A stretch of 24,000 nucleotides of DNA, from assembly GCA_025059595.1 (NCBI GenBank), contig JANXDI010000010.1, positions 1,360 through 25,359 of the forward strand, given 5' to 3'. The stretch comes from Candidatus Calditenuaceae archaeon (lineage in GTDB: Archaea; Thermoproteota; Nitrososphaeria_A; Caldarchaeales; Calditenuaceae). Below the pieces are notes generated by a model, which made no database searches, was not told the origin of the DNA, and was given only the letters and a program-made list of their open reading frames with translations. Below are positions 1 to 9,345 of the stretch, piece after piece. Position 1 is the first letter of the stretch; each line of letters opens with the position of its first letter. Made by a program: the position numbers and the translations under genes.

Positions 1-902
<902 letters not shown>

Positions 903-1075
903 CCGGCCAACTAATTGGCGGGAGTTACACATGGAAGCGGCCCACATTGGACCTGAGGATCGTCACTGTTCCCTCAGGTCTTCACCCCTTATAGCCAGAG
1001 CCGGATGTCACCGCCTCATTGCTGAGGTGTTATTCACCCGTCTTTGCGGTGACGCCGCCTCTAAGCTCTGGCCCA
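903..1075 (-). other. Putative 16S pre-rRNA 5' leader containing nested inverted repeats
   Basis: Lies between the minus-strand TATA-like element (1097-1109) and mature 16S 5' end. Inverted repeats 994-1001/1065-1072, 1007-1014/1046-1053, 1014-1018/1023-1027 and 950-958/972-980. Confidence 0.55.
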
Positions 1076-1096
1076 CTATTTTCTGTGCTTGGGCTG

Positions 1097-1109
1097 CTTA
1101 TAAGTTTTT
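1097..1109 (-). promoter_or_regulatory. Putative TATA box of the rRNA promoter
   Basis: Minus strand reads AAAAACTTATAAG, about 25 nt upstream of the first leader stem (1072). Confidence 0.45.
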
Positions 1110-1161
1110 GTGGAGCTTGAGACGCATGACTAATTATGCTGGGCACTGTTGGTGGGTTTGA

Positions 1162-2073
1162 TTGTTGCTTGTTGTGGGCGGCCTCGGCTACATAGGGAGA
1201 CGGGTCGTCGAGGAGCTGTTAGCTAGGGGTGAGGATGTGAAGGTCCTTGACCGGGCGCGTAATGTAAAAACTCCACAAGGCGCCACGGTCGTGAAAGGCG
1301 ATGCGACTGATTTCTCAACTCTCTATGACACCATGCGAGGGGCAGAGGCCGTGGTTAACTTGGCCGCCTACATAAACGTGGAAGAATCTGTCTCACGCCC
1401 ACAAGAATATCTCCGAAATAATGTCACCACTCACCTAAACGTTCTCGAGGCCGCGAGGAGGCTGGGCGTTGAGAGGATAATTTTGGCCTCGAGCGCCGCG
1501 GTTTATGGAGACGCTCAGCCGCCTTTGAGGGAGGAGAGCGAGAAGAGGCCTGTGAACCCATATGGCCTCAGCAAATTAATCTGCGAGCAGCTCTCCGACG
1601 CATATCACCGCGGCTACGGGATTGGCACGATAGTCCTCCGCTACTTCAACGTGCTGGGTGAAGGTGGAAGAAACGTCTTAAAGATTTTCGTAGAAAATGT
1701 GTTCAACAGAAGGCCGCTCACAGTCCGAGGTCGGTGGATTGGGGGAGTCTTCACTCCAGCCTCAAGGGACTTCGTATATGTGGGTGACGTGGCCGAGGCG
1801 ACGGTCAAGGCCCTCTCGGTCGAGCCGCGCATGGTCAGCATTAACATAGCTGGAGGAAGCGCAGTAAGTGTAGATAAGCTGGCCAGAATGGTGCTGGAAA
1901 GTTTAGGCGAGGAGGTGGAAATTGTGTTCGCTGAGCTTGCTCCACACGAGCCCTTGACTAGCTGGGCAGACATAAGTCGCGCAAAGCAAATTCTCGGCTG
2001 GGAGCCAAAAACTCCACTGGCGATGGTCGTGAAGAAATACGTTGAATGGTTTGGGGAAAAAATGAGGGGGTAG
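1162..2073 (+). CDS. NAD-dependent epimerase/dehydratase, UDP-glucose 4-epimerase-like (extended SDR)
   Basis: TTG start; N-terminal LVVGGLGYIGRRVVEELL Rossmann motif, SSAAVYG, and NPYGLSK (YxxxK) catalytic motif. TATA-like taattatgc ~25 nt upstream. Confidence 0.9.
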   Translation: MLLVVGGLGYIGRRVVEELLARGEDVKVLDRARNVKTPQGATVVKGDATDFSTLYDTMRGAEAVVNLAAYINVEESVSRPQEYLRNNVTTHLNVLEAARRLGVERIILASSAAVYGDAQPPLREESEKRPVNPYGLSKLICEQLSDAYHRGYGIGTIVLRYFNVLGEGGRNVLKIFVENVFNRRPLTVRGRWIGGVFTPASRDFVYVGDVAEATVKALSVEPRMVSINIAGGSAVSVDKLARMVLESLGEEVEIVFAELAPHEPLTSWADISRAKQILGWEPKTPLAMVVKKYVEWFGEKMRG

Positions 2074-2098
2074 GTGGGAGGCCGTCGGTGTAGTCGCT

Positions 2099-2713
2099 TT
2101 AGGCCAAGTCCATCACAGGGTCGAGGGAGGGTGGCAGCCTCCTCTCAACCTTCAAGACCGACCCTATCACAGGCTTCAGCTGAACTGTGAAGACCTCCGT
2201 GGGCTGGAGACTCTGCATCTCTGTGATGCCGACAGTGATTGACCAGAGCTCGCCGAATTCGATTAGGTGGTCACTGTCGCCGACAATCTGCCTCACTATC
2301 ACACCTGGGCTACTGTACGAGATCACCGGGGCCGTGGCGTTAGATGTATAGACGTTCTCGATGCTCGTCCTCGAGTCGTGGTAAGTTACTACAAGGGAAC
2401 CGACCCTCAGGTCAATCGGCCGCTTCCCGACGGCAACCTTGAAGAAGACCGTAACGTTGGAGACGGCTCGGGAATTGCCGTTTAGGCCGCTCCGAGCAAT
2501 CACCGACCCGACGGTCTCAATCGCGGAGGTCGCCTCATCGATGCCGGCTTGGACCACCTCTCCGCTCTTCTGGGTTGTAAACAGGCCAAGGTTTAGGACG
2601 GCGAACGAGAAGGCTGCGGCGACGATGACGAAGCTTATCAGTATTATGGCGGTCTCTAAGCCTGTCAGCGCTGCTTTTCGTCTTGTATTTGTTTTGAGTA
2701 TTGTATTCGTCAT
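2099..2713 (-). CDS. Archaellin (archaeal flagellin) / class III signal peptide protein
   Basis: N-terminus TRRKAALTGLETAIILISFVIVAAAFSFAVLNLGLFTTQKSGE resembles crenarchaeal FlaB/ArlB N-termini (KRKGLAGLDTAIILIAF...MGLFVTQK). Includes charged pre-peptide, hydrophobic helix and LFTTQK. Confidence 0.85.
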   Translation of the reverse strand: MTNTILKTNTRRKAALTGLETAIILISFVIVAAAFSFAVLNLGLFTTQKSGEVVQAGIDEATSAIETVGSVIARSGLNGNSRAVSNVTVFFKVAVGKRPIDLRVGSLVVTYHDSRTSIENVYTSNATAPVISYSSPGVIVRQIVGDSDHLIEFGELWSITVGITEMQSLQPTEVFTVQLKPVIGSVLKVERRLPPSLDPVMDLA

Positions 2714-2813
2714 ACTGCGATATGTAGTATGTTGAGAGTGATATTTATGTTTTCGCCTACTCCAAGCGAAATGCTTAAATAGTTTTCCCCTTTCACCTCA
2801 TGCAAAACACATA

Positions 2814-3209
2814 CTACTCTCTGCGTACCTGGCTTACCATCTTTCGATTAAGAACAACCCAGTACTCAACGTTTACCCCAGGCTCAAGCCTACCCCGCAA
2901 CTCCTCGTCGGCTGGGAGCGGTATTTCGACGATCTCGAGCGTGTCTCTGTCCATTACTGAGACGGTTTCTCCAACGGTGACAACCTGTCCAGACCTCTTC
3001 TCCACTATCGGTATCTCAATTCTCTGGTCTGAAGGGCCAACGATGTTCCTCTTGACGCCGTCGAATATGCCTATGGCCACGACCCTGACTTTTGCGGAGC
3101 CGTGTTTTCCAGTCTTTGACTTCTCGACCTCGACTACTCTGCATGGCTCGCCGTCGATGACGATGTTGCTCCCCTCCTTTATCGACCCGAGTTCGGCTGG
3201 CCTGCTCAC
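2814..3209 (-). CDS. eif5A: Translation initiation factor aIF5A
   Basis: EVEKSKTGKHGSAKVRVVAIGIFDG hypusination-site region and IPLPADEEL; full-length 131 aa. Confidence 0.95.
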   Translation of the reverse strand: MSRPAELGSIKEGSNIVIDGEPCRVVEVEKSKTGKHGSAKVRVVAIGIFDGVKRNIVGPSDQRIEIPIVEKRSGQVVTVGETVSVMDRDTLEIVEIPLPADEELRGRLEPGVNVEYWVVLNRKMVSQVRRE

Positions 3210-3395
3210 TGCAGCTTCAATACCCTTGGCTGATATTTAGTTCTTTAACAAGTCAGATTCTCGTCACCCTAGGCGCTCAATTAGTGTTTCTATCTTTCGC
3301 CGCTCATACACCTACTTGCTTGAGCCGTGGAAAGGGGTGGATGATTAGCGAGCGACATAAAATTTAAGTCGCCACTGCGATGGCTATTTTTCGAG

Positions 3396-4829
3396 ATGAG
3401 GAACGGCGGAAGGACCATCGTGCTTGGCTTGAATCTGCCGATGTTTGTCGCGGGGCTTGTTGCGATGGGGATGGGCACGCTTGTGGGAATGCTTGGCATC
3501 TGGGGTGCCGCGGCTTGGGGGAAGCCTGTGCCCGAGTGGGAGAAGGTTGGACACGCTCACTCGTCTTGGTGGGGTATACTGATAATGATAGCATCGCTAG
3601 TCCTCCCTAGCCTGGGGCTGAAGCCTTGGGTCAAGAAGCTAATTGTCGCGGGCACCTTCGTAGGGCCGACACTCTGGATAGGCGTCTTGGCAACCTACTA
3701 CGAGATAGGTGGGCCAACGCTCTGGCGACTCGAAGCTCCAACCGCCCCTGGGACCTATTATGATATTCCCGTGATAGGTCTCGCCGCATCAGGCCTTGAG
3801 CTTCTCGGCTTTGTTGCTCTTGGCTTGGTCGCACTTTCAGCCATCGGACTAAACATACCTCTGTTATCTACCAAGGAGGCTCCACCGAAGTCCCGCTACG
3901 AGTTTCTCACAGAAATACAGGTACCGCGTAGAATCTTCGTTGTCCCGACGATCGCGATAATTGTATCTGTTTTGGTAGGTTTCGCCCTAACCGCCTTATT
4001 CAAGGCCGTTCACCAGCCGATATCCCCGAGCGCTCTCGTCCAGCTGCATGACCATGCAGCCCTCCTGGCCACTAGCGCGTTACTCGTTCTTCTTGTGATG
4101 CACGTGTTTGATGTGAGAGAGAGGACTAGGGCCATCGGCATCCGCCTTATGGAGATAAGCCTTCCACTGACCATCGTGGGTCTGCTTGTCTTTAACCTGA
4201 CTGGAGTTCACAGCATCGTTTGGGTCGCTCCTGCTGGTATCTACTATCTCTTGCTTCTGCTCGCTGTTCCTGTCTCTCTAGGGTTCTATTCATGGGGAGA
4301 GCCTCCTGCCTCGGGTGCGAGGGTTACCGCGTTTAACATCGCGTTGGGGGTCTGCTTCGTTGGGCTAGTCATTCTTGTCGCTACTGGAGCCTACATTGCT
4401 CTCAACTATGATACCACGCCAAATGTAACAGTGACCTACAAGCAGCCTCAAGGCTCGCCCTATCCAGGTCCGTATCCAGCTGTCTACATCGGGACGGCCC
4501 CAGCGGTTAACACGCCTCGAGGGCTTGAGAATGCCCACCTTAGCCCTGGGAGCTGGTATCACGCAGCTATCGCTTGGCTTCTGATTCTCTCGATGTTTGG
4601 GACGGTTTTGATTGGGGAGAAGAGGCCGGGGTTGCTTTACCTCTTCGCTTTCACGATTCCTCTCGCACCCACATTCAACATGCTCGGCCGGTTCTTGGCG
4701 TGGCTGGGAATACCCAACGGCATCGGGGCACTCTGGTTCGCAGGCCATCCCCTCAAGGGTTTCAACCTCATCAGCCTATTCGTCATAACAGTCATCGCGT
4801 TAATCATATTGTCGAGAAGAAGGCAGTAA
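3396..4829 (+). CDS. Polytopic membrane protein with repeated His motifs, function unassigned (possibly heme/metal binding)
   Basis: 477 aa, many hydrophobic helices; motifs VGHAHSSWWG, QLHDHAALL, VMHVFDVRERTR, TGVHSIVW, ENAHLSPGSWYHAA. TATA-like ataaaattt upstream. Confidence 0.75.
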   Translation: MRNGGRTIVLGLNLPMFVAGLVAMGMGTLVGMLGIWGAAAWGKPVPEWEKVGHAHSSWWGILIMIASLVLPSLGLKPWVKKLIVAGTFVGPTLWIGVLATYYEIGGPTLWRLEAPTAPGTYYDIPVIGLAASGLELLGFVALGLVALSAIGLNIPLLSTKEAPPKSRYEFLTEIQVPRRIFVVPTIAIIVSVLVGFALTALFKAVHQPISPSALVQLHDHAALLATSALLVLLVMHVFDVRERTRAIGIRLMEISLPLTIVGLLVFNLTGVHSIVWVAPAGIYYLLLLLAVPVSLGFYSWGEPPASGARVTAFNIALGVCFVGLVILVATGAYIALNYDTTPNVTVTYKQPQGSPYPGPYPAVYIGTAPAVNTPRGLENAHLSPGSWYHAAIAWLLILSMFGTVLIGEKRPGLLYLFAFTIPLAPTFNMLGRFLAWLGIPNGIGALWFAGHPLKGFNLISLFVITVIALIILSRRRQ

Positions 4830-4933
4830 TTTTAAAAATCCTGATTTTTCATCAGTTTCCTTGAGAGAGGTGTTACCGCGGTTAGGGCCTCGTAGGGAAA
4901 AATTAAAGCATGACGTCGATTCATCTTGACTAA

Positions 4934-5488
4934 ATGCTTACGGTGGGTCAACGCGAGAGGCTACTCAACCTTTTGAGGCGCCGCTTCGAGGTTTTCAGCA
5001 ACAGTATCGTGGCTGTCGGCTGGCGGAAGGTAGAGGATGCCTTGACGGATAGGCCGGAAAGCCTCAAATCCCTTCATGACATGGAGAGAACAGGCGGAGA
5101 ACCCGCGTTAGTCGCTTATGACGAGTCCTCTGGACGGTTTGTTTTCATGGACTGCTCTCCTGAGAGCCCTTCGGGGAGGAGGAGTCTGTGTTATGACCGG
5201 GAGGCGATGGCTCTCCGGCTGAAGAAGGGGGTGCGTCCGAAGGGGAACGTTTTAGACATGGCTGCCGCCATGGGCGTGGAAGTTTTGACGGAGGAGCAGT
5301 ATCGTTGGCTCCAGTCATTAGGCAGGTTTGACACTCGGACATCAAGCTGGCTGAAGACGCCGGATAAGATACGAGGGCTGGGTGGCGCCATATTCGGCCT
5401 GCGGCGCTACGATACTGTCTTCATCTCTGCAAATAGTGCAGAATCATTCTATAGCAGCCGGGGCTTCAGGGCTGTTCTGAGGGTTTAG
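4934..5488 (+). CDS. DUF4256 family protein
   Basis: 184 aa; GGEPALVAYD...GRFVFMDCSPESPSGRRSLCYDREAM...FDTRTSSWLKTPDKIRGLGGAIFGLRRYDTVFISANSAESFYSSRGFR is family-typical. Confidence 0.85.
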   Translation: MLTVGQRERLLNLLRRRFEVFSNSIVAVGWRKVEDALTDRPESLKSLHDMERTGGEPALVAYDESSGRFVFMDCSPESPSGRRSLCYDREAMALRLKKGVRPKGNVLDMAAAMGVEVLTEEQYRWLQSLGRFDTRTSSWLKTPDKIRGLGGAIFGLRRYDTVFISANSAESFYSSRGFRAVLRV

Positions 5489-5525
5489 CCCTTGGCCCGT
5501 CTCGATGACGTCTAACCCGATTGCT

Positions 5526-7184
5526 TCACTGTTTTTTGAGCGTCTCGATGATGTGTTTGGCTGCGATGTATCCATAGACGCATGCGGGGCCTAGTGTTGA
5601 GCCGGGGCCCGGATATGTCCCTCCGAAGATTGATGCCGATGTGTTGCCGGCTGCGTAGAGGCCTGCTATTGGGTGGCCGTCCCTGTGCAGTACTCTTCCA
5701 TGCTCGTCTGTGAGCAGTCCGCCGAGTGTTCCGAGCTCGCCGGGGTAGATGGCGGTGGCGTAGTAGGGCGGCTTGTCGATTGGGCCGAGGTTGGGGTTGG
5801 GCTTGACGCTTGGGTCGGAGTAGAAGCGGTCATAGGCGCTCTCCCCCCTATGAAAATCCTCGTCTCTGCCTGCGCGGGCCATTTCGTTGAACCTTTTGAC
5901 AGTCCTCAGGAGGCCTTCCTTCTCGACGCCAATCTTATCGGCCAGCTCCTCGAGCGTATGAGCCCTCACCAGGTAGCGCGGACTCGTGGCCCTCTCCGGG
6001 GTTCGTCCCGGCATCAGCATTCCGAAGAGGTATCGTGAGCGGTGCTTCTGGTCTATGATGAGCCAAGACGGAATTGCGGGTGCTTCTCTGTTATGCTTGT
6101 AGATGCTTTGCCAGCAGTCGACGTATGATGCGGACTCGTTCATGAACCTCTCGCCGTTCAGGTCGACTATCATTCCGAAGGGTAGGGAGCGTTCTGCGAG
6201 GATGAATGAGGGCCTTCCATCGGGAGTTATTGCGATGGGGCCTCCCCACGCCTTATCCATGAGGGCGACCTTGGCTCCAAGCTCCATGGCGGCTCTAATC
6301 GCGTCGCCAGTATTTCCGGGCGCGCCTACGGCCCACTCTGTGCTGGTGGGTCTCGGCAGGTAAGCCTCACGCATCTCTTGGCTGTGCTCGAAGCCGCCCG
6401 CGGCGAGCAAAACTCCTCCTCTCGCCCTCACCGTCACTTCCCTAGTCTCGCGAATTAGAACCGCTCCGACGACCCTGCCACCCTCCTCGACAAGCTCTTT
6501 GAGGGGAGATTTGAGCCAAATCTGCACACCCCTCTTCAGGCAGAGGTAGAGGAGTTGGCCGATGAGTGAGGCGCCGATAGTGAGGGGCACCCGGCCCAGC
6601 AGGGAATGTCCTATCAGCCTCGCCCCAATCCTTAGTAGGGTTGAGATTCCTGCCCAACTCCGGGTGAGGTAGAGCTTTGAGGCCTCGTTGGTGTGTATGG
6701 GTAGTGGTGGGGCCCCTGGGTATTGCCGGAGCCTTTTCCGCCACTCTCCGAGTTTTCTGCCGTTGAAGACCGCGCCCTCAATACACCTCCCCTTCACTGA
6801 GCCGCCAGGCTTCTCTGGATAATAGTCGGGATAACCCGCCGAGGCTCTCCACTTGAAGCCCATATCTTGGAGGAATTGGACAAGTTCGGGCCCGTTTATG
6901 AGGAAGGCCCTCAGCTTCTCGGGCGCGGTTGCCTCTCCAGCCTCAGGGACGACGTTACTCAGATATTTCCAGGCCTCCTCGAAAGAATCCTCCAAGCCGG
7001 CCTGCCTAGAGACCGGGTTATTAGGTATCCAGAGCCCTCCACCAGACATCGCGCTTGAGCCGCCGACTAAGTCCGTCTTCTCCGCAACAAGTACTTCAAG
7101 ACCCGCACTCCGAGCTGTCAAGGCTCCAACAAGGGCGGCCGCGCCACTCCCCACAACCAAAACATCCGTGGAAAACTCGCTCAC
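5526..7184 (-). CDS. FAD-binding flavoprotein, 3-ketosteroid dehydrogenase/fumarate reductase flavoprotein family
   Basis: DVLVVGSGAAALVGALTARSAGLEVLVAEKTDLVGGSSAMSGGGLWIPNN dinucleotide-binding N-terminus; C-terminal GLYAAGNTSASIFGGTYPGPGSTLGPACVYGYIAAKH. Confidence 0.88.
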   Translation of the reverse strand: MSEFSTDVLVVGSGAAALVGALTARSAGLEVLVAEKTDLVGGSSAMSGGGLWIPNNPVSRQAGLEDSFEEAWKYLSNVVPEAGEATAPEKLRAFLINGPELVQFLQDMGFKWRASAGYPDYYPEKPGGSVKGRCIEGAVFNGRKLGEWRKRLRQYPGAPPLPIHTNEASKLYLTRSWAGISTLLRIGARLIGHSLLGRVPLTIGASLIGQLLYLCLKRGVQIWLKSPLKELVEEGGRVVGAVLIRETREVTVRARGGVLLAAGGFEHSQEMREAYLPRPTSTEWAVGAPGNTGDAIRAAMELGAKVALMDKAWGGPIAITPDGRPSFILAERSLPFGMIVDLNGERFMNESASYVDCWQSIYKHNREAPAIPSWLIIDQKHRSRYLFGMLMPGRTPERATSPRYLVRAHTLEELADKIGVEKEGLLRTVKRFNEMARAGRDEDFHRGESAYDRFYSDPSVKPNPNLGPIDKPPYYATAIYPGELGTLGGLLTDEHGRVLHRDGHPIAGLYAAGNTSASIFGGTYPGPGSTLGPACVYGYIAAKHIIETLKKQ

Positions 7185-7277
7185 AGATATATCATCACGT
7201 TATGAAGCATAAAAGTTTCGCTCCGCCTTCGCCGATATTCGGGGCCCTATGTTTGATGTTTTGGAGTCGGTGAAGAA

Positions 7278-7284
7278 TTATATA
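7278..7284 (+). promoter_or_regulatory. Putative TATA box upstream of trpE
   Basis: ttatata in the divergent intergenic region between the flavoprotein gene and trpE. Confidence 0.4.
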
Positions 7285-7345
7285 GGGGCTGGTGGGCTTT
7301 TTCTGCGAGGTTTGAGAGGCGATTTAGTTTGGCCTCAGCGAGGCG

Positions 7346-8710
7346 ATAAGCCGACGCAAAGTTAATGTAAAGAAGCTGGAAAAGAGTTTTCCACCGTTCG
7401 AGGTTTTCCGCGCATTATCAGACCACTCTGAAAGGCTCTACCTGCTTGAGTCCGTCTCCGGGCCGAGGAAGCTTGCGGAGTTTTCCTTCATCGGATGGGA
7501 CCCTCTGGCGACGCTGAGAGTGCGGGACAGTTTAGTGGAGGTTGTGGATAAGGTGGAGGGCTCGGTTATCAGGGCCGAGGCCTCTGACCCGCTCCAGATT
7601 CTAGGAGGCCTGGTCTTGACCGCTCGGCAAAGGGAGAGTGGGTTCAGGCTTCTTGGCGGCGCCGTGGGTTATGTCTCCTTCGAGTCTGTAAGGTTCTGGG
7701 AGGATGTCAGCTTCAGGGAGAAGGAGAGACACGACTTCCCTGAGATGGAATTCGACATCTACGATAGGGGTCTCATCTACGACCACAGGATGAACGAGGC
7801 CTACATCTACGGTCCGAGGCCGGCCGAGGACTGGGGCGAGGTCATGCGTTTGATGAAGGATGTCAGCGACGAGGAGCCTCTGCGGGCATCGAGTGTAAAG
7901 TCGAGCATACTAAAGAGAGACTTCTTAGACATGGTTCTCAGGGCTAAAGAGTATATCGCGGCAGGAGATGTCCTTCAGGTAGTCCCTTCACGCCGAATCG
8001 ACTTGGAGGTTTCCGGAAGCTATCTCAGCTACTACAAGAGGCTGAGGGAGATAAACCCTTCACCCTACATGTATCTACTCAGGCTGGATGGAAGGTGGAT
8101 TGTCGGGACAAGCCCCGAGATGCTCGTGAGGGTCGAGGGCTCGAGGGTCGAGACATTTCCCATTGCGGGGACGAGGCCGATGACGGGGCGGGCGGAGAAG
8201 GATGATAGGCTGATGGAGGAGCTTAAACGTGACGAGAAGGAGCTTGCAGAGCATGTGATGCTAGTGGACCTTGCCAGGAATGACCTCGGTAGGGTCTGCA
8301 GATATGGCACGGTCAAGGTTGAGTCGCTGATGGAGATTCACAGATACAGCCACGTCCAGCACCTGGTCTCCCACGTAGTAGGCGAGCTGAAGCTCGGCCT
8401 AAACGCCATCGACGCACTCAAAGCCACATTCCCCGCGGGAACCGTGACCGGCGCCCCGAAGCTCAGGGCAATCGAGATAATCGACGAGCTTGAGCCAGCC
8501 GGACGCGGCCCCTATGCCGGCTGCGTAGGCTACCTATCATTCAACGGAAGCGCCGACTTCGCAATAACCATCCGTACCCTTCTCGGACATTCAGAGTCGA
8601 GGGCGAGCATTCAGGTCGGTATGGGTGTGGTTGCGGACAGTAACCCCGAGGCTGAGTGGCTTGAGACGGAGCATAAGGCCGCCGCCCTTCTCGCGGCGCT
8701 GGGGAGGTGA
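7346..8710 (+). CDS. trpE: Anthranilate synthase component I; true start uncertain (non-ATG/GTG/TTG, between 7346 and 7376)
   Basis: Downstream: SPEMLVRVEG, FPIAGTRP, DEKELAEHVMLVDLARNDLGRV, RYSHVQHLVSHVVGEL, FPAGTVTGAPKLRAIEIIDELEP. In-frame upstream of GTG 7520: FPPFEVFRALSDHSERLYLLESVSGPRKLAEFSFIGWDPLATLR, the conserved TrpE N-terminus. In-frame stop at 7325-7327. Confidence 0.88.
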   Translation: MSRRKVNVKKLEKSFPPFEVFRALSDHSERLYLLESVSGPRKLAEFSFIGWDPLATLRVRDSLVEVVDKVEGSVIRAEASDPLQILGGLVLTARQRESGFRLLGGAVGYVSFESVRFWEDVSFREKERHDFPEMEFDIYDRGLIYDHRMNEAYIYGPRPAEDWGEVMRLMKDVSDEEPLRASSVKSSILKRDFLDMVLRAKEYIAAGDVLQVVPSRRIDLEVSGSYLSYYKRLREINPSPYMYLLRLDGRWIVGTSPEMLVRVEGSRVETFPIAGTRPMTGRAEKDDRLMEELKRDEKELAEHVMLVDLARNDLGRVCRYGTVKVESLMEIHRYSHVQHLVSHVVGELKLGLNAIDALKATFPAGTVTGAPKLRAIEIIDELEPAGRGPYAGCVGYLSFNGSADFAITIRTLLGHSESRASIQVGMGVVADSNPEAEWLETEHKAAALLAALGR

Positions 8711-8717
8711 GGAGCGG

Positions 8718-9302
8718 TTGAAGGTTTTAGTCATAGATAACTTGGACTCATTCGTCTATAACATCGTCCAGTATCTCGGAGAGCTCGGAGTCCACCCATT
8801 AGTCTTCAGGAACAACAAGCTAACGCTGGAGGAGGCCATTAAGCTCGACCCTGACGCGATAGTAATCTCACCGGGGCCGGGGCATCCAGCGGATAGGAGG
8901 TTCTTCGGAGTCTCGGGCGATGTGATAAAAGTGCTCGGGAGTGAGCGGCCTGTCCTAGGAGTATGCCTCGGGCATCAGGGAATAGTCTGCGTGTTCGGCG
9001 GACGCGTCGAGAGAGCTTCGAAGCTCATGCACGGAAAAGTCAGCATGATTCGGCATAGCGGCTCAGGAATCTTCGAGGGCGTCAAAAACCCGCTCCGCGT
9101 AGCACGATACCACTCGCTCGCAGTTAAGCCACCACTCCCAGAGTCCTTAGAAATAACAGCAGTAGCACTCGATGACGGCGAGATAATGGCTCTCGAACAC
9201 AGAGCCCACCCGATATTCGGCGTCCAATTCCACCCCGAGTCCATAATGACTGAGCAGGGGCACAAGATACTCGAGAACTTCCTAAAAACCGCAAAGAAGT
9301 AG
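8718..9302 (+). CDS. trpG: Anthranilate synthase component II (glutamine amidotransferase)
   Basis: TTG start after ggggaggtgagg; VLVIDNLDSFVYNIVQYLGELG, ISPGPGHP, VLGVCLGHQ, LMHGKVS, GVQFHPESIMT. Immediately downstream of trpE. Confidence 0.94.
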   Translation: MKVLVIDNLDSFVYNIVQYLGELGVHPLVFRNNKLTLEEAIKLDPDAIVISPGPGHPADRRFFGVSGDVIKVLGSERPVLGVCLGHQGIVCVFGGRVERASKLMHGKVSMIRHSGSGIFEGVKNPLRVARYHSLAVKPPLPESLEITAVALDDGEIMALEHRAHPIFGVQFHPESIMTEQGHKILENFLKTAKK

Positions 9303-9345
9303 CGGAGGGTAGGATATTTAGCATTCCACAAAGACTAGATAGTCG

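Noticed and set aside
949-1060. Possible box C/D guide RNA in the 16S leader (GUGACGA / CUGAGG-like words)
   Set aside because: No correctly spaced RUGAUGA and CUGA boxes could be identified; the signal is better described as hairpins.
2800-3240. Plus-strand ORF of 146 aa opposite aIF5A
   Set aside because: It is an antisense shadow of a strongly supported aIF5A gene with low-complexity Ser/Thr/Pro composition.
7249-7365. Short ORF MFDVLESVKNYIGAGGLFLRGLRGDLVWPQRGDKPTQS as a possible trp leader peptide
   Set aside because: Only one Trp codon, no visible attenuator hairpins, and the predicted TATA box lies within it, so the TSS would be downstream of its start.
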